Source: Candidatus Kaiserbacteria bacterium (GTDB lineage Bacteria; Patescibacteriota; Minisyncoccia; Phycocordibacterales; UBA918). From it: 36,158 nt of DNA. The notes below the pieces were generated by a model that was given only the letters and a program-made list of their open reading frames with translations, was not told the DNA's origin and made no database searches. The number at the start of each line of letters is the position of its first letter. Positions within the stretch are counted from its first letter, which is position 1. This document shows, one piece after another, positions 15,893 to 25,245 of the stretch. A program made the position numbers and the translations under genes. Location: contig SKHJ01000053.1 in assembly GCA_007116965.1 (NCBI GenBank), forward strand, positions 1-36,158. The letters run 5' to 3'.

Positions 15893-15897
15893 TACGT

Positions 15898-16392
15898 ATG
15901 AGTGAACGACCAGCTCAGTTTGACCACGTGTACTTGGCCGCCGATCACGCTGGCTTGGATCACAAGGACGCGGTCCGTGAGTGGCTCTTAGCTGAAGGGT
16001 GGTCGGTGACCGACTTTGGTGCTTTTGTCCGTAATGACGAAGATGATTTTCCCGTCTTTATCAGCCAGGTGTCACGAATCATTTCGCAAAATCCGCAACA
16101 AGCCGGTATCATCTTCGGTGGTTCAGGCAACGGGGAAGCGATACTCGCTAACCGTTTTCCCAACGTGCGAGCAGCGGTGTACTATGGCGGACCTGATGAA
16201 ATTGTCACGCTGTCACGCGAACATAATGACAGCAACATTCTCTCAATTGGCGCTCGTTTTGTTGATACCGATACGACCAAGCGTTTGATCTGGGAGTGGC
16301 TTCATACACCGCGATCGGAACAGGCCAAGTATATTCGTCGCAATCAACAGATCGCACATATTACCAAGCAGATCAGACCAACCACCACCTAA
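15898..16392 (+). CDS. rpiB: Ribose-5-phosphate isomerase B (Glu-type, as in actinobacterial RpiB)
   Basis: 'LAADHAGLDHKDAV' and 'GIIFGGSGNGEAILANRFPNVRAA'. The site reads GGSGNGE rather than CGTGIG, i.e. a Glu catalytic base as in the Mycobacterium-type enzyme. Confidence 0.85.
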   Translation: MSERPAQFDHVYLAADHAGLDHKDAVREWLLAEGWSVTDFGAFVRNDEDDFPVFISQVSRIISQNPQQAGIIFGGSGNGEAILANRFPNVRAAVYYGGPDEIVTLSREHNDSNILSIGARFVDTDTTKRLIWEWLHTPRSEQAKYIRRNQQIAHITKQIRPTTT

Positions 16393-16398
16393 AATCGT

Positions 16399-17073
16399 AT
16401 GCCTACTGACCAGATCATCATTCCTGCTCTGATTCCAGAAGATCCCCAAGATCTACGGGACGAGCTGCAGGGTATGCCATGGTTGTACGAAGTACATATC
16501 GATATTGTGGACGGTCAGTTTGTCGACAGCCTCTCGTGGCCATTTGAGCCGGCAGGAGAACCGGAACAGATCGCTGATATTTTAGAGCAATACTCAGCGG
16601 AGATTGACCTGATGTGTTTGCAACCACTACCGATAGCTGAAGTGTGGGCGGCAACAGGAGCTGAGCGTTTGGTCTTACACGCCGAGACGATCTCAGTGGA
16701 TGATTTTGTCTATTTGGCTGATCGCTTCCCAGACGTTAGTATCGGTGTATCGATGCTTAATGATACCGAGTGGTCTGTGATAGAGCCGTTTATACCTGTC
16801 GCTGATTTCATACAGCTGATGGGGATTCTGGTCATCGGGGCACAGGGGGCACCGTTTGATGAGCGAGTGTTAGAGCGAATCGGAGCCGTAACAGCCGCTG
16901 ACCCAGCTATCCCGATCAGCGTTGACGGCAGTGTCAACGCTGAGACCATTCCCCGCTTACGTCAAGCCGGAGTAGATCGTTATGTGGTTGGTTCTGCTTT
17001 GTTACGGGCTGAAGATCGCGAAATGCAATATCAGTACCTGGACAGTCTGGCTCGTCCACAACTGTCTGCCTAG
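16399..17073 (+). CDS. Ribulose-phosphate 3-epimerase family protein (divergent)
   Basis: 'VHIDIVDGQFV' matches the Rpe 'H.DvMDG.fVpN' motif. 'LHAE', 'SVDGSVNAETIPRLRQAGVDRYVVGSAL' and the pathway context also fit. Confidence 0.6.
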   Translation: MPTDQIIIPALIPEDPQDLRDELQGMPWLYEVHIDIVDGQFVDSLSWPFEPAGEPEQIADILEQYSAEIDLMCLQPLPIAEVWAATGAERLVLHAETISVDDFVYLADRFPDVSIGVSMLNDTEWSVIEPFIPVADFIQLMGILVIGAQGAPFDERVLERIGAVTAADPAIPISVDGSVNAETIPRLRQAGVDRYVVGSALLRAEDREMQYQYLDSLARPQLSA

Positions 17074-17087
17074 GGCAAGTATCGAGC

Positions 17088-17096
17088 TGGTATACT
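17088..17096 (+). promoter_or_regulatory. Extended -10 box TGGTATACT, 10 nt before the transketolase ATG
   Basis: TGGTATACT, then ACGTATTAGT, then ATG 17107. No SD. Confidence 0.5.
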
Positions 17097-17106
17097 ACGT
17101 ATTAGT

Positions 17107-18000
17107 ATGAACTATTTACATAGTAACGACGTAGCTCGGTTAGAGAGAAAAGCCAACGAGATACGCCAAAGTATCATCGAGATGTTGACGGCAGCGCAAA
17201 GCGGGCACACGGCCGGACCGCTCGGGATGGCTGATGTCTTCACACTTCTCTATTTCGAGGTGCTTAAGCACGATCCCCAGAATCCTGATTGGGAAGAGCG
17301 AGATCGAGTGGTGCTCTCCAACGGTCACATTTGTCCGGTCTTGTACGCTACCCTCGCCCACGCTGGGTATTTCCCGGTCGAAGAATTACTGACGTTGCGC
17401 CAATTTGGTAGTCGTCTCCAGGGCCACCCGCACCGCGGCACGCTGCCGGGTATTGAGACCAGCTCAGGACCACTTGGCTCTGGCTTGTCACAAGCTATTG
17501 GTATGGCGCTCGCGGAGCGAATGAACAATCCGTACTCTGCTAAGTACTTCTATTGTCTGACTGGTGACGGCGAAGTAAACGAAGGGCAGATCTGGGAGGC
17601 GGCGATGTTGGCAGGTAAAGAGAAGCTACATAATTTAATCGTTATCATTGACCGCAATGGTATTCAGATCGATGGGTATACGAAAGATGTAATGCCACTG
17701 GAGCCATTACGGGCAAAATTCGAGGCCTTTAACTTTGATGTGCAGGAGGTTGATGGTCACAATATTCGGAGCATCAACGACGCGATTGGTAAGGCACAGG
17801 CCGTCTACTCACAACCATCTGTTATTATTGCCCACACGATTGCTAGTAAGGGCGTCGATGTTTTCGAGCGTGATTTCCGCTGGCACGGCAATCCGCCAGG
17901 CAAGGGTCCTGAGGATCGGGTGCCACGAGATCAACAAGCCCAGGTGGCGCTAGAGAAGTTGCGGACGTTGGCAGGGACGATATCGCAGGAAACTTTATAA
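17107..18000 (+). CDS. tkt: Transketolase, N-terminal (thiamine-diphosphate-binding) subunit
   Basis: 'SGHTAGPLGMADVFTLLYF', 'RDRVVLSNGHICPVLYA', 'GPLGSGLSQAIGMA', 'TGDGEVNEGQIWEA' and 'IIDRNGIQIDG'. Confidence 0.9.
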   Translation: MNYLHSNDVARLERKANEIRQSIIEMLTAAQSGHTAGPLGMADVFTLLYFEVLKHDPQNPDWEERDRVVLSNGHICPVLYATLAHAGYFPVEELLTLRQFGSRLQGHPHRGTLPGIETSSGPLGSGLSQAIGMALAERMNNPYSAKYFYCLTGDGEVNEGQIWEAAMLAGKEKLHNLIVIIDRNGIQIDGYTKDVMPLEPLRAKFEAFNFDVQEVDGHNIRSINDAIGKAQAVYSQPSVIIAHTIASKGVDVFERDFRWHGNPPGKGPEDRVPRDQQAQVALEKLRTLAGTISQETL

Positions 18001-18009
18001 TATTCACGT

Positions 18010-18999
18010 ATGCGAGCAGCACATTTAGACACACGAATTTGTAGCCCTGAAGTCGAGTTAGTACCCAACCGACGGGGTTATGGTGAGGGACTCCTAGAGG
18101 CCGGCAAACGCGATGCGCGAATCGTGGCGTTAGCAGCTGACCTGACCGAATCGACACAAACGCATATGTTTGCTGAGGCATTTCCGGATCGTTTCGTCCA
18201 ATGTGGGGTGGCGGAGCAAAATATGGCGTCGGTAGCGTCTGGTATGGCGGCGATGGGTAAGATACCCTTCATTGCTTCATACGCAATGTTCTCACCTGGC
18301 CGTAGTTGGGAGCAGATCCGTACCACTATCGCTTACAATGATGTAAACGTGAAGATAATCGGCGCTCATGCTGGTGTCTCTGTTGGACCAGACGGAGCCA
18401 CCCACCAAGCAATTGAAGACATTGCTATTATGCGGGTGATTCCCAATATGGTAGTAATTGCTCCGGCTGACGTGCACGAAGCACGTAAGGCGGTCTTGGC
18501 CGCCGCGCAATACGAAGGGCCGGTGTATATCCGTCTGGCTCGCGCACCCTCACCAGTGGTCACCACACCAGAGTCACCATTTGTAATCGGTAAGGCAGAG
18601 TACTGCTTTGAAGCGGCTGGCGCGCCAGAGCAGACCGTTGGTCTGGTGACAACGGGTACGCTTCTCCATCATGGCTTGGAAGCAGCCGAAGCCTTGCAAC
18701 AGAGTGGCTACGGAGTATTGCTACTTCATATGCCAACTGTTAAACCACTTGATACCGAGGCACTACTGGCTCTGTCGGAGCGTTGTGTCGGTCTGGTGAC
18801 AATCGAAGAGCACCAGCAGGCGGGGGGGTTGGGTTCGGCGGTAGCTGAATTCCTCAGCGCTGCGCGACCCACGCTCATAATCCCAGTGGGGGTAGCCGAT
18901 CAGTTTGGTCAGTCGGGTGATCCAGAAGAGTTGATCACCCACTATCACTTAGACACGCCAGCAATTGAGATGGCTGCCAAGCGGGTCTTGGGAGGGTAG
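18010..18999 (+). CDS. tkt: Transketolase, C-terminal (pyrimidine-binding + C-terminal domain) subunit
   Basis: 'FPDRFVQCGVAEQNMASVASGMA', 'GVSVGPDGATHQAIEDIAIMRVIPNM' and 'GPVYIRLAR'. It lies adjacent to the N-terminal subunit gene. Confidence 0.9.
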   Translation: MRAAHLDTRICSPEVELVPNRRGYGEGLLEAGKRDARIVALAADLTESTQTHMFAEAFPDRFVQCGVAEQNMASVASGMAAMGKIPFIASYAMFSPGRSWEQIRTTIAYNDVNVKIIGAHAGVSVGPDGATHQAIEDIAIMRVIPNMVVIAPADVHEARKAVLAAAQYEGPVYIRLARAPSPVVTTPESPFVIGKAEYCFEAAGAPEQTVGLVTTGTLLHHGLEAAEALQQSGYGVLLLHMPTVKPLDTEALLALSERCVGLVTIEEHQQAGGLGSAVAEFLSAARPTLIIPVGVADQFGQSGDPEELITHYHLDTPAIEMAAKRVLGG

Positions 19000-19124
19000 T
19001 TTTTACTAGCTCTGTCTCAGAACGTTCAGCTTTTGCGAGTAGGGCTAGGATGAGAGAGACCATAAAATGGGGCCGGCGGTAGCTGGTCAGAGCTACACAT
19101 TTGCCTGGTTAGTCTTGTTGGGTG

Positions 19125-20129
19125 CTAGTTGATCTGTTTGGCAACATATTCTTCGGGACGGTTTTCGAGGTGTTGCAGGAGCTCGTCTTTGGTAAGGAGT
19201 CCGGCCTGAGCGCCAATGTGTTGGACTACATTCATCGAATTGATCGGTCCCCAGGCGAGCGCGGTGGCAGGGTCGTGACCGAGTGCGATAGCGGCGGTAA
19301 AGGTGCTGGAAAATGAGTCACCAGCTCCAGTACGATCTACCGGTGGCGCCGGGTCGGGATACATTGGCATATGCCACGCAATGTCTTGATCATCGACAAC
19401 GTATGAGCCCGCTGGGCCGTCAGTGATGACTGGTAATCGCGGTCCTAGTTCCTTGAAGCGACGCAGAAGGGTAGGAATATGGTCGTCGTTGGTCTCAAGA
19501 ATACTTTGCGCCTCTTCTTTGTTACAGAAGAAGATATCAGTCACTTCGTAGACATGTTTTAGCTGTTGGTAGCCAAGTCTGATCTGGAAGGTGCCAGGCT
19601 GAAACACTAGTTTACTGCCGTGCTGCTTAACGTAGTTGACGATGTCGTCGTGGAAGGGTAGACCATGCTCGCCGATCGAAGAGAAATAAATGTAACGGGG
19701 AGCGACGCCCATATCTGGCAACACGTAGTCGTAATGCTCGTGGTTGATGAGAATCGTGCGTTCAGCGCCATACCGAAGCACGTAGTGGTAGTTGGTACGC
19801 TTACCTTCGTGCACTTTGACAAAATCGGTGTGCACACCCTCTTGCCGTAAGGTCTCAAGACAATCTTTCCCCCAGCGGTCATGACCAAGGTTGGTGACCA
19901 AGGCTGATTCCAGTCCCAGTCGGTGGGCGGCAACTGCGGCGTTGGGAGAATTGCCAACGGCGTTGACAACAGTGACATCGTCATACGGTAGTTTGTCACC
20001 AAAATTCATTGATAGTAACTTACGACCGGTGTTAGGGTCAGTACTGACCCGGGCGTCCTTTTGTGAGAGCTGGATAAAAGCGTCAATCACAATATCGCCA
20101 ATGGCGACGAAATCATACGGTTGAGACAT
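19125..20129 (-). CDS. PfkB-family carbohydrate kinase (substrate not assignable)
   Basis: N-terminal 'DFVAIGDIVIDAF', 'NAVGNSPNAAVAAHRLG', and C-terminal 'DRTGAGDSFSSTF' (PfkB signature 2). Confidence 0.8.
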   Translation of the reverse strand: MSQPYDFVAIGDIVIDAFIQLSQKDARVSTDPNTGRKLLSMNFGDKLPYDDVTVVNAVGNSPNAAVAAHRLGLESALVTNLGHDRWGKDCLETLRQEGVHTDFVKVHEGKRTNYHYVLRYGAERTILINHEHYDYVLPDMGVAPRYIYFSSIGEHGLPFHDDIVNYVKQHGSKLVFQPGTFQIRLGYQQLKHVYEVTDIFFCNKEEAQSILETNDDHIPTLLRRFKELGPRLPVITDGPAGSYVVDDQDIAWHMPMYPDPAPPVDRTGAGDSFSSTFTAAIALGHDPATALAWGPINSMNVVQHIGAQAGLLTKDELLQHLENRPEEYVAKQIN

Positions 20130-20137
20130 ACACTAAC

Positions 20138-20146
20138 AGTATACCA
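20138..20146 (-). promoter_or_regulatory. Extended -10 box TGGTATACT (minus strand), 8 nt before the pfkB-family kinase ATG
   Basis: The minus strand reads TGGTATACT-GTTAGTGT-ATG (start at 20129). Confidence 0.5.
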
Positions 20147-20232
20147 ACTCATGACGATTGTGTTGATAAGAGGTGTTGGTAGGTGACTTGTTTGGTTGTC
20201 GAATTAAAAATCTGTGCTAGTCTACTGACCAT

Positions 20233-20865
20233 ATGAATATACAACTGACTGTTTCGCCGCGCGCTAATGAGACGCGGAGCGCCTTAGCTGGCAAAGAGAT
20301 GATTCCGGCTGTGGTCTATGGACCAAAGCAGCCTTCGCTGTCAATCATGGTTGAGCAGCGGACCTTCGCCAAAGTATTTGCCGAGGCAGGGGAGTCGACC
20401 ATTATCGAGTTGACTGGCCTCTCAGAGCCCATCGAGGTTTTGGTACACGAGGTGGTGTTTCACCCCACGAAAGGACAGGTTGAGCATATCGATTTCTATG
20501 CAATCGAACGTGGTAAAGAGATGACTACCGAGATTCCACTGACGTTTACCGACACTGCGCCAGTAGAGAAGAGTGGTGGTATGGTGGCTAAGGTATTGCA
20601 CCAGGTCACGGTGACCTGCCGTCCGAGTAAGTTACCGAAAGAGATCGTTGTTTCACTCTCTGGTCTAGCGGCTGCTGACGATCAGATAGTCATAGCGAAC
20701 CTAGACGTTCCAGAGGGTGTGACCATCGACCATGAGCCTGATGAGGTTGTCGCTGTAGCCCAAGGTGTTCGCGAGGTAGAGAGCGAGACCGTCGAGGCAG
20801 CAGCGGTGGATATGTCTGCCGTTGAAGTGGAAAGTAAAGGTAAAGCAGAGGACGAAGATGTATAG
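20233..20865 (+). CDS. rplY: 50S ribosomal protein L25 (Ctc form)
   Basis: 'IPAVVYGPKQPSLSIMVE', 'VLVHEVVFHPTKGQVEHIDF', and a two-domain Ctc-length protein with an acidic tail. Confidence 0.85.
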   Translation: MNIQLTVSPRANETRSALAGKEMIPAVVYGPKQPSLSIMVEQRTFAKVFAEAGESTIIELTGLSEPIEVLVHEVVFHPTKGQVEHIDFYAIERGKEMTTEIPLTFTDTAPVEKSGGMVAKVLHQVTVTCRPSKLPKEIVVSLSGLAAADDQIVIANLDVPEGVTIDHEPDEVVAVAQGVREVESETVEAAAVDMSAVEVESKGKAEDEDV

Positions 20866-20900
20866 TTGATAGCGTACTGTTTGGTACGTCGTCTTGGTAA

Positions 20901-20945
20901 CCGCGGCCGGGTCAGGTATGACCCGGCCGCGGACTTGTATTTGTG
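20901..20945 (+). terminator. Intrinsic terminator after rplY
   Basis: Perfect 14-bp GC-rich stem CCGCGGCCGGGTCA (20901-20914) / TGACCCGGCCGCGG (20919-20932) with loop GGTA. It is followed by the T-rich ACTTGTATTTGTG. Confidence 0.7.
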
Positions 20946-20951
20946 AAAATC

Positions 20952-20960
20952 TGGTATACT
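20952..20960 (+). promoter_or_regulatory. Extended -10 box TGGTATACT, 8 nt before the lytic transglycosylase ATG
   Basis: TGGTATACT-AGTCAGGT-ATG 20969. It lies just downstream of the rplY terminator. Confidence 0.55.
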
Positions 20961-20968
20961 AGTCAGGT

Positions 20969-22348
20969 ATGAAGCTTGGTCATATTCTACTCGGTACGGT
21001 TGTAGCCGTAGCTATGATAGCCCCGAGCTGGCTTTACGTGCAGGTAGTGTCAGCACAAGAGTCGGCGGCCGAACGGCGCGAGCGCTTGGAGCGTGAGCTT
21101 GAGGTGGTAGAGCGTCAGATCTTAACGCAGCGACGTCTGGTAGAAGACACGCAATTGCAAGCGCAGTCCCTAGAGCGAGATATTCGGGTGATCGAAGGGC
21201 AGATCCAGCAAGCACAGCTTGGTATTCAAGCGCGGGCTATCACTATCAATCAGCTGGGCCAAGAGATCAACGAAAAGCAGGAGGTCTTGGAGATCTTGGC
21301 AGAGCGCCTGGCCCGACAGCGCGAATCCTTGGCCGAGCTGGTGCGCCAGCGGGCCAAGATGGACGATATTTCGATGGTGGAGGTATTACTCAGTACCCGA
21401 CAGTTTTCGGACTTCTTTAGTGAGTATGACAATTTCCAAATGGTCAAACACTCGCTCAATGAGTCGTTATCTATTTTGCACCAGATCAGGCAAGACACAC
21501 AGCTGCAGAAGAATCAGTTGGAAGGTAAACAACTGACCGAGGAGGAACTCAAACGTCGACAGGAATTGGAGCGGGCTGAGATCGAGCGCAAAGAGCGCGA
21601 AAAAGCCGCGGTCTTATCGGCTACCCGTGGTCAGGAAGCTGAATACCAACGTCTCTTGCAAGCGCAAGAACGGACGGCGGCTGAGTTGCGCACTGCACTC
21701 TTCCAGCTCCTTGGTGGCGGTGGGGCTATTCCGTTTCCGGAGGCAGTGTCCTTAGCCCAGTACGCCAGTCGCCAGACGGGGGTCAGTCCGGCGCTGATCT
21801 TAGCTATCCTACAACAAGAGACCAATATGGGCTCACATCTTGGTAGTTGCGTTTACAGCGAGACGCGTGGTGGTTCGCCAGTAATGCATCCAGATCGCGA
21901 TGCGCCAGTCTTTTTGGCTATCGCCCAGATACTTGGTTTTAATCCAGACCGACAACAAGTATCGTGTCCGTTGATTCAACGAAACGGTCAACGACTTGGT
22001 TGGGGTGGAGCTATGGGTCCCTCACAATTTATCCCCTCAACCTGGGCAATTTATGGCGGTATCGTCAATACCGGCAGTGGCTGGGTCTACGACGCTTCGC
22101 AGGACGCGATCCGCGCCATCAATCGTACGAGCGGACCAGCCAATCCATGGAATAACCAAGACGCCTTCTTGGCGACCGCATTGTTACTACGTGACAACGG
22201 AGCCGCTAGCAACCCACGGCTAGCTGCTTTACGCTACTACGCTGGCTGGGGCGGAGCGACACGACCAGAGAACCAATTCTACGGCGATCAAGTAATGAGG
22301 CATATGCAGCGTTTTGAGCAAGAGATTCGTATCTTGGGCGGTTCATAA
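20969..22348 (+). CDS. Secreted coiled-coil protein with C-terminal lytic transglycosylase (SLT_2/MltB-like) domain
   Basis: Signal or anchor MKLGHILLGTVVAVAMIAPSWLYV. About 230 aa of heptad-rich coiled coil follow. Then come 'SPALILAILQQETNMG' (catalytic Glu context) and 'GWGGAMGPSQFIPSTWAIYG'. Confidence 0.75.
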   Translation: MKLGHILLGTVVAVAMIAPSWLYVQVVSAQESAAERRERLERELEVVERQILTQRRLVEDTQLQAQSLERDIRVIEGQIQQAQLGIQARAITINQLGQEINEKQEVLEILAERLARQRESLAELVRQRAKMDDISMVEVLLSTRQFSDFFSEYDNFQMVKHSLNESLSILHQIRQDTQLQKNQLEGKQLTEEELKRRQELERAEIERKEREKAAVLSATRGQEAEYQRLLQAQERTAAELRTALFQLLGGGGAIPFPEAVSLAQYASRQTGVSPALILAILQQETNMGSHLGSCVYSETRGGSPVMHPDRDAPVFLAIAQILGFNPDRQQVSCPLIQRNGQRLGWGGAMGPSQFIPSTWAIYGGIVNTGSGWVYDASQDAIRAINRTSGPANPWNNQDAFLATALLLRDNGAASNPRLAALRYYAGWGGATRPENQFYGDQVMRHMQRFEQEIRILGGS

Positions 22349-22394
22349 GTGTAATCATCTATATGCCGCTCTCCCTTGCGCATCTGTTGGTATC

Positions 22395-22403
22395 TGGTAT
22401 AGT
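22395..22403 (+). promoter_or_regulatory. Extended -10 box TGGTATAGT upstream of rpmE
   Basis: TGGTATAGT, with 29 nt between it and ATG 22433. A weaker TGGTATCT lies 7 nt upstream of it. Confidence 0.45.
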
Positions 22404-22432
22404 GGCGGGGCTAACGTAACGAGTAACCTGAT

Positions 22433-22702
22433 ATGAAAGCAGATATTCACCCAGACAACTATCGACCGGTTATCTTTCACGATAACTCTAGCGGGGATCG
22501 TTTCTTGATCGGTTCTACGGTCGAAACCAAGACCACCGACAAATGGACCGATGGAGCGGAGTACCCCATCGTCTACATTGATGTTTCAAGCGCAACCCAC
22601 CCATTTTATACTGGTCAAGAGAAAGTAATGGATACGGCTGGTCGGGTTGAGCGTTTCAAGGCACGGGCCGCCAAAGCCACTGGTCGCAGCAAGCAAGGAT
22701 AA
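22433..22702 (+). CDS. rpmE: 50S ribosomal protein L31, type B (no Zn-binding CxxC)
   Basis: '[29 protein letters not shown]' and '[20 protein letters not shown]'. Confidence 0.9.
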   Translation: MKADIHPDNYRPVIFHDNSSGDRFLIGSTVETKTTDKWTDGAEYPIVYIDVSSATHPFYTGQEKVMDTAGRVERFKARAAKATGRSKQG

Positions 22703-22729
22703 CGATCCGGCTTGTCTTTGGTGATCAGT

Positions 22730-23728
22730 ATGTCTATCATTCCAGAGCGTTTTGATGAAGCTACCTTGCAGGTCTTTCGTGAGCACCCGAAGACGCAGTT
22801 TTTGGCGTCACAATTAGATGAACTACTGAGTAAGCGGGCCGAGACCACCGGTATGGTAGAAAGTGACCCGTCACTGCATGAGCTGATCGCCGAAGAGCTG
22901 ACCAGTCTGGATGCTCAACTGGACGCACTCCTGCAGCAGATGCAAGAGATCGTCGCGGCAGCCCAGGCCGAGGAAGTACTGCCGTACGGATTAATCTTAG
23001 AGGTTCGAGCTGGTGCTGGTGGAGACGAAGCGGCTCTGTTTGCTGAAGAGTTGGCGCAAATGTATACTCAGTATGCTAATACGCAAGGTTGGCCATATAG
23101 TGTCGAACATGAGTCGCGTGCGAGTGTTGGTGGTTATAAGGAGGCAGCTTTTGAGATTCGTCATCCTGCAGCCTATCTAGATTTGCGGTATGAAACTGGT
23201 GTTCATCGCGTCCAGCGCATCCCGGTGACAGAGAAGTCGGGTCGCATCCATACTTCAACCGCTTCGGTAGCAATTTTGCCCTTACGTAAAAAATCAGTCA
23301 TTGTCATTGATCCGAATGATATTGAAATGGGCTTTTCTCGGTCAGGTGGGGCCGGTGGGCAAAATGTCAATAAGGTGGAAACGGCCGTCCGACTCGTCCA
23401 TAAACCAACGGGGATAGAAGTGCGTTGCCAGTCTGAACGTTCACAGCTAAAGAATCGTGAACGAGCGATGAGTATTTTAACTGCCAAACTGGAAGCATTA
23501 CACGAAGAAGAAGAGGCTCGTAAGCACGCCAGTGAGCGCCGTGAACAAATTGGTACCGGTGACCGCTCTGAGAAGATCCGGACGTACAATTTCCCCCAAA
23601 ACCGCATTACTGATCATCGGATCAAACAATCGTGGCATAATATCGAAGCGGTAATGGCTGGTGATTTGCGCGAGATCGTCGCCGCTCTGCGAGTAGCGGC
23701 GCAGTCTGATGAGGTTGCACAATCATAA
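22730..23728 (+). CDS. prfA: Peptide chain release factor 1
   Basis: '[22 protein letters not shown]' (RF1 P-x-T type), GGQ motif '[25 protein letters not shown]', and '[15 protein letters not shown]'. ATG 22730 is preferred to TTG 22712. Confidence 0.9.
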   Translation: MSIIPERFDEATLQVFREHPKTQFLASQLDELLSKRAETTGMVESDPSLHELIAEELTSLDAQLDALLQQMQEIVAAAQAEEVLPYGLILEVRAGAGGDEAALFAEELAQMYTQYANTQGWPYSVEHESRASVGGYKEAAFEIRHPAAYLDLRYETGVHRVQRIPVTEKSGRIHTSTASVAILPLRKKSVIVIDPNDIEMGFSRSGGAGGQNVNKVETAVRLVHKPTGIEVRCQSERSQLKNRERAMSILTAKLEALHEEEEARKHASERREQIGTGDRSEKIRTYNFPQNRITDHRIKQSWHNIEAVMAGDLREIVAALRVAAQSDEVAQS

Positions 23729-23781
23729 GCGGTGTGCTACATTTACCCGCGTTTATTTTGTGCTGTTGCGCATAAGCAGAT

Positions 23782-24540
23782 ATGGAAAAAACCCAACCAT
23801 CAACAACCAACACATCCGACGTCGTCGCTAAGCTTTTTGCGGTCGGCGCGCACTTCGGCTTTACTAAGCGACGTCGTCATCCGACGACCGTGCCGTATTT
23901 GTATGGTACCAAAGATGGCAGTGATGTTATCGACCTCACTAAGACCGCTCAACAGTTAGAGCAAGCAACAACCATTGTTGCCGAAACAGTAGCGGCCGGT
24001 AAAATTGTGCTGTTTGTCGGTACCAAAGATGAAGTAGCTACGTTGGTGCAAAACGCGGCTCAGACCTGTGAAGCCCCGTATGTCGTTAATCGCTGGATCG
24101 GTGGTATGCTAACTAACTTTAGCGAGATCAAAAAGCGGGTCAAGCGTTTGAGTGATCTCCAGCAAGAAAATCTTTCTGGCGACCTAGAGCGGAAATATAC
24201 TAAGAAAGAACGCGTGGTAATTGGGCGCGAGATGAAAAAACTCGATTTTAATTTTGGTGGTATTCAGACCATGGAACGAACCCCTGATCTATTGGTGGTT
24301 GTCGATCCTCGGTATGATGAGATTGCTGTGGCTGAGGCACGGATGTTGAATATTCCCGTCATCGGTATTATGAGCTCTGACAGTAATGCTTCACTCCTTA
24401 CGTACCCAGTAGTCATGAACGACGCGTTGCAGGCCAGTGTTTCGTACGCTCTAGAATTAATCGTCGCAGCCTATCAAAAAGGAGCCGCGAGTGCACCAGC
24501 TGAGCGGACTGCAACCCCAGCCAAGCGTAGTGTTCGCTAG
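23782..24540 (+). CDS. rpsB: 30S ribosomal protein S2
   Basis: 'GAHFGFTKRRRHPTTVPYLYGTKDGSDVIDLTKT', 'VNRWIGGMLTNF' and 'EARMLNIPVIGIMSSDSN'. Confidence 0.9.
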   Translation: MEKTQPSTTNTSDVVAKLFAVGAHFGFTKRRRHPTTVPYLYGTKDGSDVIDLTKTAQQLEQATTIVAETVAAGKIVLFVGTKDEVATLVQNAAQTCEAPYVVNRWIGGMLTNFSEIKKRVKRLSDLQQENLSGDLERKYTKKERVVIGREMKKLDFNFGGIQTMERTPDLLVVVDPRYDEIAVAEARMLNIPVIGIMSSDSNASLLTYPVVMNDALQASVSYALELIVAAYQKGAASAPAERTATPAKRSVR

Positions 24541-24635
24541 CGTGAGATAGGTTGGCGCTACGAAGTTGTCGCATCTTGGTCTATGGTGGGGGTGTATAGC
24601 GTTATAAGGTTATTGACATAAATTTGATACGGTCT

Positions 24636-25223
24636 ATGAACACGATCTCATCTGAACAAATAAAAGAGTTGCGTAATCAAACCGGCATTTCAGTGATGCA
24701 GTGCAAAAAAGCACTCGAAGAAACGGGTGGCGATATGGAGAAGGCATTGGTGGTCTTACGTAAGAAAGGAGCCGAAGTAGCGGCCAAGAAATCTGACCGT
24801 GAGTTCGGCGCCGGCGTCATCGGTGTGTATGTTCACAACACCAACGAAGTAGCGGCGATGGTACAGCTGGCCTGTGAGACTGATTTTGTCGCCAAGAATG
24901 AGCAGTTTGTGGCTCTCGCTCGTGACATCGCGATGCAAGTAGCCGCACTCAATCCAACCTTTATCAAGCGTGAAGAGGTAGATGAAGAAGCTCAGGAGGC
25001 TGCCAAGGCAGTTTTTAGTGCCGAAGTACAAGATAAACCGGCAGATCTGCAAGAGAAGATCCTACAAGGCAAGCTTGACGCTTACTTCAAAGAGCAGATA
25101 TTGCTCGAACAGTCGTTTGTTAAGAACCTCGAACAAACCATCGGTGATATGCTGAAAGGGGCTATTCAAGCGTTTGGTGAGAATATTGATGTGATCGCCA
25201 TAGAGCGGCTGTCAGTAAAGTAA
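24636..25223 (+). CDS. tsf: Elongation factor Ts (short ~195-aa form)
   Basis: UBA-like N-terminus 'IKELRNQTGISVMQCKKALEETGGDMEKALVVLRKKG', then 'ETDFVAKNEQF'. ATG 24636 is preferred to TTG 24624. Confidence 0.9.
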   Translation: MNTISSEQIKELRNQTGISVMQCKKALEETGGDMEKALVVLRKKGAEVAAKKSDREFGAGVIGVYVHNTNEVAAMVQLACETDFVAKNEQFVALARDIAMQVAALNPTFIKREEVDEEAQEAAKAVFSAEVQDKPADLQEKILQGKLDAYFKEQILLEQSFVKNLEQTIGDMLKGAIQAFGENIDVIAIERLSVK

Positions 25224-25245
25224 TTTTGGGCAAATTGCCCGTCCT

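Noticed and set aside
19122-20124. ORFs overlapping the PfkB kinase gene in other frames or on the opposite strand (19122-19316 +, 19665-19850 +, 19891-20124 +, 19607-20002 -)
   Set aside because: The minus-strand 334-aa ORF carries both PfkB signatures. The overlapping ORFs have no motifs and no independent start signals.
24613-24640. TTGACA-16 nt-TATGAA as a promoter for tsf
   Set aside because: The putative -10 hexamer contains the tsf ATG itself, so transcription would start inside the coding region.
25228-25240. Mini-palindrome GGGCAAATTGCCC after tsf as a terminator
   Set aside because: The stem is at most 5-6 bp with an impossibly small loop and no T-tract. It sits only 5 nt before the next start codon.
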